A stretch of DNA of 64,000 nucleotides, taken from contig DATBZA010000177.1 of the NCBI GenBank assembly GCA_036513415.1, positions 67,203 through 131,202 on the forward strand. The letters are read 5' to 3'. The notes under the pieces were generated by a model that worked only from the letters and a program-made list of their open reading frames with translations, was not told the origin of the DNA and made no database searches. Positions 52,858 to 61,230 of this stretch are shown here, one piece after another. The DNA comes from Myxococcales bacterium. GTDB lineage: Bacteria > Myxococcota > Myxococcia > Myxococcales > 40CM-4-68-19. Position numbers and translations under genes: made by a program. Numbering within the stretch: position 1 is the first letter of the stretch; every line of letters begins with the position of its first letter.

Positions 52858-54141
52858 TCAGCGTGGACGGCGGGCGCTTGCGGGCCCGGCGCCTGCGCAG
52901 GTGCGAAAGCCGGCCAGCACGTCGCGCCGATCGGGCGGATAGAAGTTGCGCCAGGTGTTGCGCAAGAGCCGCCCCCGGGTTGCCCAGCAGCCGCCGCGAA
53001 GCACCTTGTGAGGCGAGGAGAACCAGGGCTGCGAGTACTCCTTGTAGGGATCGGCCACGAAGCCCGGATAAGGCGCGAAGTCGGTGGCCGTCCATTCCCA
53101 GACGTTGCCGACCATCTGCCTGCAGCCGTACGCGCTGTCGCCTTCGGGGTGGGCCGCGACGTCGACCGGACCGCCGGCGCGGGCGTCGAGGTTGGCGCGC
53201 CGGGCGTCCGGCGGGGAATCTCCCCAGGGAAAGCGCCGCTTGGCCGGCGTGGCGGCCGCGAGCTCCCACTCGGCCTCGGTGGGGAGGCGGCGTCCGGCCC
53301 AGTTGCAGTACGCCTCGGCCTCATACCAGCAGACGTGGATGACGGGCTCGTGCGGGGCCAACGGCTGCAGCGAGTCGTACCTGCGCTGGACGCGCCCTTC
53401 TTCCCAGTACACGGGCCTCCGGGCCTGGGCCAGATCATGCCAGCGCCAGCCCGCTTCGCTCCAGAGGCGGGAGTCGCGATACCCGCCATCCTCGACGAAC
53501 CCGGCGTACTCGTCGTTGGTCACGGGCGCGCGCGCGATGCGAAAGGAGGCGACGTCGACCGGATGCGCCCACTTCTCGTTGTCGAACACGAACGGCTCGC
53601 CCGCTTTGGCGCCGAGAAGCAGGCGCGCTCCCTCGACCTCCACGTCGCCGGGGAGCGGCCCGGCCCCGCGCTCCGGCGCGACGCGCGCGATCACGGGTTC
53701 GGGATAGGCCAGCGTCTGCCGCGTATACGCGAACGCCTCGCCGTGCATGTCCTCGTGGAAGAGCGCCAGCCGGTGGAAATAGCCCGTCTCATCGGGGGCC
53801 GCGCCGAGAGCCTCGAGCGACCGCTCGAGAGTCTCCGCCAGGTAGCGCAGGACCCGCGGTCGGGCCAGCAGCGGAAGGTCCCAGCGGGTTTCGTGCGCGA
53901 CCGCGGCGGAGTCATAGAGCGCGTCCACCCCCGGGATCGCCGGAGGCCGGCTGCGCGCGTGGCGCAGGATCCAGAACTCCTGGAACCAGGCGACGTGACC
54001 CATCTCCCAGAGAATCGGGTTCACGATCTCGAGGCGGGGGCCCATCCAGCGGGCATCGTCGAGGTCGATGACGAGCTCCAAGGTGCGCGCGCGGGCGTCG
54101 CGCAGGGCGGCGGCCATTGGATCCATCTCGGCGCTGAGCAT
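52858..54141 (-). CDS. senA: EgtB/SenA-like nonheme-iron sulfoxide/selenoxide synthase (DinB_2 plus FGE-sulfatase fold)
   Basis: 427 aa from MLSAEMDP. DinB-like NPILWEMGHVAWFQEFW..FHEDMHGEAF, then an FGE-type domain (RAPVTNDEYAGFV, GNVWEWT, VLRGGCW). Alternative starts at 54126 and 54117. Divergent from a SenB-like GT. Confidence 0.6.
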   Translation of the reverse strand: MLSAEMDPMAAALRDARARTLELVIDLDDARWMGPRLEIVNPILWEMGHVAWFQEFWILRHARSRPPAIPGVDALYDSAAVAHETRWDLPLLARPRVLRYLAETLERSLEALGAAPDETGYFHRLALFHEDMHGEAFAYTRQTLAYPEPVIARVAPERGAGPLPGDVEVEGARLLLGAKAGEPFVFDNEKWAHPVDVASFRIARAPVTNDEYAGFVEDGGYRDSRLWSEAGWRWHDLAQARRPVYWEEGRVQRRYDSLQPLAPHEPVIHVCWYEAEAYCNWAGRRLPTEAEWELAAATPAKRRFPWGDSPPDARRANLDARAGGPVDVAAHPEGDSAYGCRQMVGNVWEWTATDFAPYPGFVADPYKEYSQPWFSSPHKVLRGGCWATRGRLLRNTWRNFYPPDRRDVLAGFRTCAGAGPASARRPR

Positions 54142-54148
54142 AGTCTGC

Positions 54149-55141
54149 GTGCCCGTGCGCGTCGCGCTGATCTGTCCCGTCCCACCAAGGTCGCGGCTTG
54201 GCAATCGCGTCACCGCGCTTCGCTGGCAGCGCATCCTGCGCGAGCTGGGGCATCGGGCCTTCATCGCGACCGCCGATACGTCGCGGGACTTCGACGGCAT
54301 GATCGCCCTTCACGCCCGCAAGTCGGCGGAGGCGGTGCGCGCGTCGCGGCAAACGCACCCGGCGCGGCCCGTTGCGGTGGCGCTCACCGGGACCGACCTG
54401 TACCACGACATCCACCATGACCTCGCCGCGCAGCGGTCGCTCCAGCTTGCCGACTGGCTGATCGTGCTTCATAGCGGAGCGCAGCGCGAGCTGCCGCCCC
54501 GGCTGCGGCACAAGGTCCGGCTGGTGCCTCAATCGGCGCCAAAGGTGCGAAGCAAGCCGCGTCCCGCCGCCGGCACTTTCGACGTGGCGGTGGTGGCGCA
54601 CATGCGGAAGGTGAAAGATCCCCTCCGGACTGCCCGCGCGGCACGCCTGCTGCCCGCCGATTCCCGCATCCGCGTCCTGCACGCGGGCAGGCCGCTGGAC
54701 GACGAGATGAAGCGCGACGCCCTCCTCGAGCAGCGCGCGAATCCGCGCTACCGCTGGCTGGGCGAGCTGCCTCGCTGGAAGGCGCGGGCACTGATCGCGC
54801 GTTCGCGGCTTCTGGCGGTCACGTCGGAGATGGAGGGCGGCGCCAACGTGGTGTCGGAAGCCCTGGCGGCGGATACCCCCGTGATCGCGTCGCGCATCCC
54901 CGCCATGGAGGCGATCCTCGGCCGGTCCTATCCGGGTCTTTTTCCACTGGGATCGACGGAGGCGCTGGCACGCCTGCTCAGCCGGGCCGAGCGGGACCCC
55001 GCTTTCCTCGCGGAGCTGCGCCGGCGGTGCCGCGCGCGCCGGGGAGTGGTATCTCCAGCGCGCGAGAGAGCAGCGCTGCGACGCCTCCTGGCGGAGCTTG
55101 GCAGCCAGGTGCGGACGAGCCGCGCGCCGCCGCGCAGGTGA
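54149..55141 (+). CDS. senB: GT-B glycosyltransferase of the TIGR04348/SenB (selenosugar synthase)-like family
   Basis: About 330 aa from GTG 54149 (or 54155). The N-terminus VALICPVPPRSRLGNRVTALRWQRILRELGH matches my recollection of this family. The upstream part of the track ORF overlaps the divergent gene. Confidence 0.55.
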   Translation: MPVRVALICPVPPRSRLGNRVTALRWQRILRELGHRAFIATADTSRDFDGMIALHARKSAEAVRASRQTHPARPVAVALTGTDLYHDIHHDLAAQRSLQLADWLIVLHSGAQRELPPRLRHKVRLVPQSAPKVRSKPRPAAGTFDVAVVAHMRKVKDPLRTARAARLLPADSRIRVLHAGRPLDDEMKRDALLEQRANPRYRWLGELPRWKARALIARSRLLAVTSEMEGGANVVSEALAADTPVIASRIPAMEAILGRSYPGLFPLGSTEALARLLSRAERDPAFLAELRRRCRARRGVVSPARERAALRRLLAELGSQVRTSRAPPRR

Positions 55142-55156
55142 GGAAGGAGGCATGAC

Positions 55157-56521
55157 GTGACTTTCGACGTCATCGTGATCGGAAGCGGTCAGGCGGGAGT
55201 GCCGCTTGCGAATCGGCTGGCCGGCGCCGGAAAGCGGGTGCTCCTTGCCGAGCGCGCCGATCTGGGCGGGACCTGCATCAACACGGGCTGCACGCCGACC
55301 AAGACGATGATGGCGAGCGCCCGCGCCGCCCACGTCGCTCGCACCGCAGGCCGACTGGGTGTGCGCACTGGGCAGGTGGACGTCGACCTCGCGGCCGTGG
55401 TGGACCGCAAGGATGCGATCGTGCGGCGGTGGCGCGAGGGCGTGAGCAAGCGACTTGAAGTCAACGGTTTGACAGTCGTCCGGGCCCAGGCGCGGTTCGT
55501 CGGCGAACGGCAGGTGGATGTCGGCGGCGAGGTGCACGGCGCGGAGATCGTGATCATCAACGTCGGCGCGCGGCCGCTGGTGCCGCCGATCGACGGTCTG
55601 GCCCAGGTGCCGTCGCTCGACAACGCGACGGTGATGCAGCTGCGCGAGCTCCCCGCGCACCTGCTCGTGCTCGGCGGCGGGTACATCGGCTGCGAGTTCG
55701 GCCAGATGTTCCGCCGGCTCGGGTCGCGGGTGACCATCGTCGACCAAGTCGGGCACCTCATGTCCCGCGAGGACCCGGAGATCTCCTCGGCCCTGGAGGA
55801 CGTCTTCCGGGCGGAGGAGATCACGCTGGAGCTGGGCGCCAGGACCACGCGCGTCGAAGGACGCGCTGGAGAGATCACTCTGACGCTCGGCAACGGCAAG
55901 AAGCTGCGGGGGTCTCACCTCCTGGTCGCGGTCGGCCGGCGGCCCAATACCGACGACCTCGGCTGCGAGAAGGCGGGCATCGCTCTCGACCAGAAGGGCT
56001 TCGTCGTCGCCGACGACCAGTACCGGACCAGCGCCAAAGGGGTCTACGCCGTCGGCGACGTTCTGGGTGGACCGCAGTTCACGCACACCAGCTGGGACGA
56101 TCATCGCCTGCTCTTCGACATCCTGCGGGGCCGATCGCGCCGGAGCCGATTCGAGCGCTTCATCCCCTACACGGCCTTCACCGATCCACAAGTTGCCGGG
56201 GTCGGAGTGACGGAGAAAGAAGCGCGCGAGCGCGGCGTCCCCTTCGAGAGCGCCAGCATGCCCTTCGGGGACATCGCCCGGGCGGTGGAGGTGGACGAAA
56301 CCGCCGGCCTGATGAAGGTCCTCGTCGATCCAAAGACGGAGCGGGTGGTGGGCGCGGCCCTGGTCGGCGCCGAGGCCGGCGAGCTGGTCCACGTCTTCGT
56401 CGCCCTGATGCAGGCGGGGGCCTCCGCCCGGGCGATCGTCGACGCGGAGTTCGTCCATCCCACCTTCGCGGAGGGCGTCCAGTCGCTGGTGATGAAGCTC
56501 GAGCGGTTCTCGCTGAGATGA
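55157..56521 (+). CDS. FAD-dependent pyridine nucleotide-disulfide oxidoreductase, RclA/MerA-like
   Basis: 454 aa with a GTG start. VIVIGSGQAG, redox CxxxxC GGTCINTGCTPTK, and a dimerisation domain with HPTFAE. No NmerA domain and no C-terminal Cys pair. Confidence 0.85.
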   Translation: MTFDVIVIGSGQAGVPLANRLAGAGKRVLLAERADLGGTCINTGCTPTKTMMASARAAHVARTAGRLGVRTGQVDVDLAAVVDRKDAIVRRWREGVSKRLEVNGLTVVRAQARFVGERQVDVGGEVHGAEIVIINVGARPLVPPIDGLAQVPSLDNATVMQLRELPAHLLVLGGGYIGCEFGQMFRRLGSRVTIVDQVGHLMSREDPEISSALEDVFRAEEITLELGARTTRVEGRAGEITLTLGNGKKLRGSHLLVAVGRRPNTDDLGCEKAGIALDQKGFVVADDQYRTSAKGVYAVGDVLGGPQFTHTSWDDHRLLFDILRGRSRRSRFERFIPYTAFTDPQVAGVGVTEKEARERGVPFESASMPFGDIARAVEVDETAGLMKVLVDPKTERVVGAALVGAEAGELVHVFVALMQAGASARAIVDAEFVHPTFAEGVQSLVMKLERFSLR

Positions 56522-56528
56522 GGAATCG

Positions 56529-56738
56529 ATGAGGACGGACGAGCGGAAGCGCTGCCCATGGGCGGGCACGGACCCGGCCATGCGCGCCTACCACGACGAG
56601 GAGTGGGGTCGGCCGGTGCACGACGATCGGGTCCTGTTCGAGTTCCTCACGCTCGAGGGCGCGCAGGCGGGGCTCTCCTGGAGCACGATCCTGCGCAAGC
56701 GCGAGGGGTACCGCCGGGCCTTTGCCGGATTCGATCCA
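56529..56738 (+). pseudogene. tag: DNA-3-methyladenine glycosylase I (tag), 3'-truncated after about 70 codons
   Basis: RCPWAGTDPAMRAYHDEEWGRPVHDDRVLFEFLTLEGAQAGLSWSTILRKREGYRRAFAGFDP matches the first third of Tag. After FDP the frame reads unrelated sequence to a stop at 56990. Confidence 0.7.
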
Positions 56739-56774
56739 GGCTATCGTTCCGGAACGAGCTGGGCGAAGCGGCCT

Positions 56775-56920
56775 GGGCGTGGATGCGAACGAGCTCTGCC
56801 GACGCGAGCTGTGTTTGGCTGTTCGTGGAGCGGCAGAGCGCGCAGGTGTGCTGGTCCCGCGACAACTCGTTCTGGAACGAGTTCAACTGTCAACACCAGG
56901 TTCGACCGGTTGAACCTGGT
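56775..56920. repeat. Structured repeat, copy B
   Basis: 56775-56855 aligns with 855-935. Perfect 9-bp hairpin arms at 56793-56801 and 56831-56839. An extra AACTCGTTC-tg-GAACGAGTT hairpin. Ends in the 26-bp palindrome ACCAGGTTCGACCGGTTGAACCTGGT (56895-56920). Confidence 0.7.
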
Positions 56921-57223
56921 TCATCGGCCGTACAGACGGGCCAACCACAAAATGTGCTTCGACTATCCAGCCAGCGCAGCTGCGAGATGATCGCTGTTTA
57001 CGGCCATCTCAAGCTAATCGTGCGCCCGGGAGATGTGAGGGATCATGAGCTCCGGAACGAGTTGGCGCGCCGCCCACGAGCGGCCGGCACCACGAGCACG
57101 CTGTCGACACACGTATTGATTTGGGCAGACCTTCCGAGGGTCGGTCGCCACCGCAGCCGCAACCTCCGTGGTCGCAGCCCGGGACCAACAAACGCGCTCC
57201 GGTAATGAGACACGTTCTCTAAA

Positions 57224-57739
57224 CTAGCCGGCGGGCGCTCCGTCCGGGAAGCCGGACTCGCTCGCTTCCTCTCCCGCTTCCGATTTGAGGTGTGGATTGC
57301 GTTCCATGAAGCGGATGCAGGCGTTCCAGCGCAGGATGGCGTCGTCGTTTCCGGCCGGGCTGGAAGCCATCGCCTTCGCGTACCCATCCATCGCCTCGAG
57401 GAAGAAGCCGGAGGCGAGGCTGGGGTGCGCTCCCCGCCGCAGCCGCGACTTGCCCCACCTCTCGGCGATCACCCCGGAGTAGTAGGCCCGCTCGTACTCC
57501 CCTCGCAGCTTCGCCAGCACCCGGTTGGCATCGCCTGCGCCCACGTCGTGGTTCTTGCCGAACTGGTCGGTGATGGCGAGGAGCAGCATCACCAGCACCT
57601 CCTGGTTGTCGGCATCGACCTGGAGGATGTCGAGGCAGATGCTTTCCGCCTCCTCCGGCTCGTTGAGCAGCCGGTAGCGCTCCGCTTTGGCAATGGCCCT
57701 GGGAATGCCCGCGCTGGAGATCGGCTTGAGCTCGAACAT
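57224..57739 (-). CDS. hypothetical helical protein, fourth gene of the sdh operon
   Basis: 171 aa from MFELKPIS (SD GGAGGG). Starts 17 nt after the sdhB stop. No family recognised; the helical repeat character is TPR-like. Confidence 0.6.
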   Translation of the reverse strand: MFELKPISSAGIPRAIAKAERYRLLNEPEEAESICLDILQVDADNQEVLVMLLLAITDQFGKNHDVGAGDANRVLAKLRGEYERAYYSGVIAERWGKSRLRRGAHPSLASGFFLEAMDGYAKAMASSPAGNDDAILRWNACIRFMERNPHLKSEAGEEASESGFPDGAPAG

Positions 57740-57756
57740 GATGCCCTCCTCTTCCG

Positions 57757-58497
57757 TCAGCTGCCGCGGAAGAGCCGGAACAGCTTCCGGAGCGGATCGT
57801 ACATCTCGTCCACCACCCTTTCCTTGAGGGGGATGATGGCGTTGTCGGTGATGTTGATCTCTTCCGGACAGACCCGCGTGCAGCACTTGGTGATGTTGCA
57901 GAGCCCGATTCCCTGGGTTTCCTTCAGCTCCGCGAGCCGGTCCTCGGTGTCGAGCGGATGCATCTCCAGCGCCGCCACGTAGGCGAAGAACCGGGGGCCG
58001 ATGAAGCTTTCCTCAAGGTGGTGCTCACGGAGCACGTGACAGACGTCCTGGCAGAGATAGCACTCGATGCACTTGCGGAACTCCTGGACGCGCTCGATGT
58101 CCGCCTGGTCGATGCGCCAGGTGCCGTCGGGCGCGTCGGGCGGGCGGGGCTTGAACCTCTTGATGCCCTTCTTCACCTGGAAGTTCCAGGAGACGTCGGT
58201 GACCAGGTCCTTGATCAGCGGGAAGGTCTTCATCGGCGCGAGCGCGACCGGGCGCTGGAGAGGGAGATCGCTCATCCGCGTCATGCACATCAACCGCGGG
58301 AGGCCGTTGATCTCCGCCGAGCACGAGCCGCACTTGCCGGCCTTGCAGTTCCAGCGCACCGCCAGATCGCCGGCCTGATCCGCCTGGATGCGGTGGACCG
58401 CGTCCAGGACCACCATCCCCTCGGAAACTTCGGTGGTGTAGTCGCGGAAAGCGCCGCCCTGGGCGTCGCCGCGCCAGATGGAGAATGTCGCGTTCAC
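57757..58497 (-). CDS. sdhB: succinate dehydrogenase/fumarate reductase iron-sulfur subunit
   Basis: 246 aa from GTG 58495-58497 (GTGA overlap with the sdhA stop). Cys clusters CKAGKCGSC, CIECYLCQDVC and CTRVCP. It is only the 3' part of the 815-aa track ORF. Confidence 0.9.
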   Translation of the reverse strand: MNATFSIWRGDAQGGAFRDYTTEVSEGMVVLDAVHRIQADQAGDLAVRWNCKAGKCGSCSAEINGLPRLMCMTRMSDLPLQRPVALAPMKTFPLIKDLVTDVSWNFQVKKGIKRFKPRPPDAPDGTWRIDQADIERVQEFRKCIECYLCQDVCHVLREHHLEESFIGPRFFAYVAALEMHPLDTEDRLAELKETQGIGLCNITKCCTRVCPEEINITDNAIIPLKERVVDEMYDPLRKLFRLFRGS

Positions 58498-60353
58498 TTC
58501 ATCTCCTCGATGATCTGCTTCAGCTCCGCGGGAATCTCCGGGATCGGCCGGCGCTCGACGCGCATCTCGCCGCCGGGACCCTTCATCACCACCACGTTCA
58601 CCCGGGCGAACGCCGGATCGGGCCCGGGAAGGTCGTCCCGGAAGTGGGCACCTCGGCTCTCCTTCCGTTCGAGCGCCGAGCGGGCCACCGCCTCGGAGAC
58701 GATGATCAGGTTGCGCAGGTCGAGGGCGGTGTGCCAACCGGGGTTGTAGGCGCGATTGCCGTCGACGCGCACGCGCGCGGCGCGCTCGCGCAGCTTCGCC
58801 AGATGCTCCAGGGCCAGCGCCATCTCGCTCTCGCGGCGTACGATGCCGACCATGTCCTGCATCATTTCCTGCAGGTCGTGTTGCACCCGGTAGGCTTCCG
58901 CGCCGCCTTCGCTCCCCTCCCCCTCGAACGGAGCTAGCGCGGCGCGCGCCGCCGCATCGACCTGGCCCTGGTCGATCTGCCCGGCACGGCGATCCTTGAC
59001 GTATCGGGCCGCGTGCGCGCCGGCGCGCTGGCCGAAGACCAGCAGGTCCGAAAGCGAGTTCCCACCCAGCCGGTTCGCGCCGTGCAGGCCGGCGGCGCAC
59101 TCTCCCGCCGCGAAGAGGCCCGGGACGCTCGACATCTGCGTCTCCGCGTCGACGCGCACTCCGCCCATGATGTAGTGCGTGGTCGGCCCGACCTCCATCG
59201 GCTGCCGGGTGATGTCGATGTCCGCCAGCTTGAGGAACTGGTGGTACATGCTCGGCAGCTTCTTGCGGATGACCGCCTCGGCGTCCGGCAACCGCCGCTT
59301 GATCCAGGAGATGTCGAGAAAGACGCCGCCGTGCGGGCTCCCCCGCCCTTCGCGGATCTCGCGCATGATGCAGCGCGCGACGTGGTCGCGGGTCAGGAGC
59401 TCCGGCGGCCTGCGCGCGCTCTTGTCGCCCTGGGTGTAGCGCCAGCCTTCTTCCTCGTTGTCGGCGGTCTGGCTGCGATAGTTCTCCGGAATGGCGTCGA
59501 AGAGGAAGCGCCGGCCTTCCTTGTTGAGCAGCACGCCCCCCTCGCCGCGGACGCCCTCGGTGACGAGGATGCCCTGCACGCTGGGCGGCCAGACCATCCC
59601 GGTGGGATGGAACTGGACGAACTCCATGTCCATCAGCTCGGCGCCCGCGTCGTACGCGAGCGCCTGCCCGTCGCCGGTGTACTCCCAGCTGTTGCTGGTG
59701 ATCCGGTAGGCCTTTCCGATTCCGCCGGTGGCGAGCACGATCGCGCCCGCGCGAAAGAGGTGGAGCAGCCCCTTCTCGCGATCGTACGCCAGGGCGCCGG
59801 AGACGCGCTCTCCGTCCTTGAGCAACGAAACCACCGTGTACTCCATGTGGACGTCGATGCCCTGGTGGATGCCGTGGTCCTGGAGCGTGCGGATCATCTC
59901 CAGTCCGGTGCGATCCCCGACGTGCGCCAGCCGCGGGTAGCGGTGCCCGCCGAAGTTGCGCTGGAGGATCCGCCCGTCCCGGGTGCGATCGAAGAGCGCG
60001 CCCCAGGCCTCCAACTCGCGAACGCGCGCGGGGGCCTCCCTGGCGTGCAGCTCCGCCATCCGCCAGTTGTTGACGTACTGGCCGCCGCGCATGGTGTCCG
60101 CGAAATGCACCTTCCAGCTGTCGCGCTCGTCGACGTTGGAGAGCGCCGCAGCGATGCCGCCCTCGGCCATCACCGTGTGTGCCTTGCCGAGCAGCGACTT
60201 GCACACCAGGCCGACGGAAACCTTGGCCGTCGAAGCCTCGATGGCCGCGCGCAGGCCGGCGCCCCCGGCGCCGATCACCAGCACGTCGTGCTCGTGCGTC
60301 TGTACCTGGGCCGTCAGATGATCCTCCAATCGCGGATCACGCCCATCGAGCAT
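58494..60353 (-). CDS. sdhA: succinate dehydrogenase/fumarate reductase flavoprotein subunit
   Basis: DVLVIGAGGAGLRAA, GKAHTVMAEGG and FHPTG motifs. Closely resembles the Mtb Rv0248c type as I recall it. The start is uncertain: ATG 60353 (no SD) versus CTG 60317 (GGAGGA 4 nt upstream, giving MTAQVQTHEHDVLVIG). Confidence 0.88.
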   Translation of the reverse strand: MLDGRDPRLEDHLTAQVQTHEHDVLVIGAGGAGLRAAIEASTAKVSVGLVCKSLLGKAHTVMAEGGIAAALSNVDERDSWKVHFADTMRGGQYVNNWRMAELHAREAPARVRELEAWGALFDRTRDGRILQRNFGGHRYPRLAHVGDRTGLEMIRTLQDHGIHQGIDVHMEYTVVSLLKDGERVSGALAYDREKGLLHLFRAGAIVLATGGIGKAYRITSNSWEYTGDGQALAYDAGAELMDMEFVQFHPTGMVWPPSVQGILVTEGVRGEGGVLLNKEGRRFLFDAIPENYRSQTADNEEEGWRYTQGDKSARRPPELLTRDHVARCIMREIREGRGSPHGGVFLDISWIKRRLPDAEAVIRKKLPSMYHQFLKLADIDITRQPMEVGPTTHYIMGGVRVDAETQMSSVPGLFAAGECAAGLHGANRLGGNSLSDLLVFGQRAGAHAARYVKDRRAGQIDQGQVDAAARAALAPFEGEGSEGGAEAYRVQHDLQEMMQDMVGIVRRESEMALALEHLAKLRERAARVRVDGNRAYNPGWHTALDLRNLIIVSEAVARSALERKESRGAHFRDDLPGPDPAFARVNVVVMKGPGGEMRVERRPIPEIPAELKQIIEEMK

Positions 60354-61108
60354 AGCCGGACGTAGAGATCGGCCAGGGCCACGCCGAACAGGCTCGTCCA
60401 GGCCCACGCCATGTGCCGGCGGTTGAGGCAGCTGACGCAGTCGTAGGCGGCCTTGCGCACCGGCGCCCCGGCCATCCGGTCGAGAGCGCCGCCCGCGAGG
60501 TGGCGCAGCGAATGGCATCCGAGCGCGTACCCGCCGAGCAGGATCGTGTTGGCCAGGAGGACCAGCGTACCCACGCCGATGCCGAAAGCGGGCCCCGAAG
60601 GGCCCTCGAACCACATCGCCTTCCAGACGTCGTGGGCGAGGATGAGCAGGAACAGCAGCGCGAAATAGAGGAAGTAGCGGTGGACGTTCTGCAGGACCAG
60701 CGGCAGCGAAGCCTCGCCCCGATAGCGCGCGCGGGGCTCACTCACCGCGCACGAGGGCGGGTCGGCCCAGAAGGCCTTGTAGTAGGCGCCCCGGTAGTAA
60801 TAGCAGGTCAGACGGAAGCCGCCGGGCGCCCAGAGGATGACCAGCGCCGGCGAGAAGACCAGCCATGCCGGCCACCATGCCGGGCGCGGCCCGAACCAGG
60901 CGTTGGCCGATCCGAAGAGCTCGGGCGAGTAGAACGGGGACAGATAGTTTCCAAATCTGTAGTGCTCTCCCTGGAAGGCGGCCCAGGTCGTGTAGACCAC
61001 GAACGTGCCGAGAACGACGACGGTGAGGAGAGGCTGCGCCCACCAGCGGTCGCGCCGCGCGGTGTGACCGAAGCCGATCTGCGTCAGCGGCGCTGCGGGA
61101 ACCGCCAT
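60314..61108 (-). CDS. succinate dehydrogenase membrane anchor (Rv0249c-like)
   Basis: 264 aa, five or six hydrophobic segments, His residues within helices. Located directly upstream of sdhA. Confidence 0.7.
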   Translation of the reverse strand: MAVPAAPLTQIGFGHTARRDRWWAQPLLTVVVLGTFVVYTTWAAFQGEHYRFGNYLSPFYSPELFGSANAWFGPRPAWWPAWLVFSPALVILWAPGGFRLTCYYYRGAYYKAFWADPPSCAVSEPRARYRGEASLPLVLQNVHRYFLYFALLFLLILAHDVWKAMWFEGPSGPAFGIGVGTLVLLANTILLGGYALGCHSLRHLAGGALDRMAGAPVRKAAYDCVSCLNRRHMAWAWTSLFGVALADLYVRLCSMGVIRDWRII

Positions 61109-61230
61109 GGCGACCCCTCGGGGATGCGGGCTGCATCAGCATAGTCCAACCGGGCCCGAAGCTCGAACGACCGGCGGCCGCGGGTTACCGCGCTCAACCG
61201 TAGCCCCTGAGCCGCCTGGGGCGGCCGGGG

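Noticed and set aside
53912-56581. 889-aa minus-strand ORF; similar long ORFs at 41126..43375, 61136..63331, 38286..40184, 33593..35362, 6835..8556, 47264..48904
   Set aside because: Each is antisense to a gene with clear family motifs and has biased, motif-free composition. They are treated as GC-driven artefacts.
57040-57130. Possible decayed 3' end of tag (ELRNELARR..GTT resembles ALSKALKKRGFKFVGTT)
   Set aside because: The similarity is limited to a few residues, does not continue into the conserved FMQA.G..NDH block in any frame, and is not distinguishable from chance.
57757-60204. 815-aa ORF spanning sdhB and most of sdhA
   Set aside because: The N-terminal 569 residues are an alternative frame across sdhA (Arg/Gly/Pro-rich, no motifs). 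Real sdhB starts at GTG 58497.
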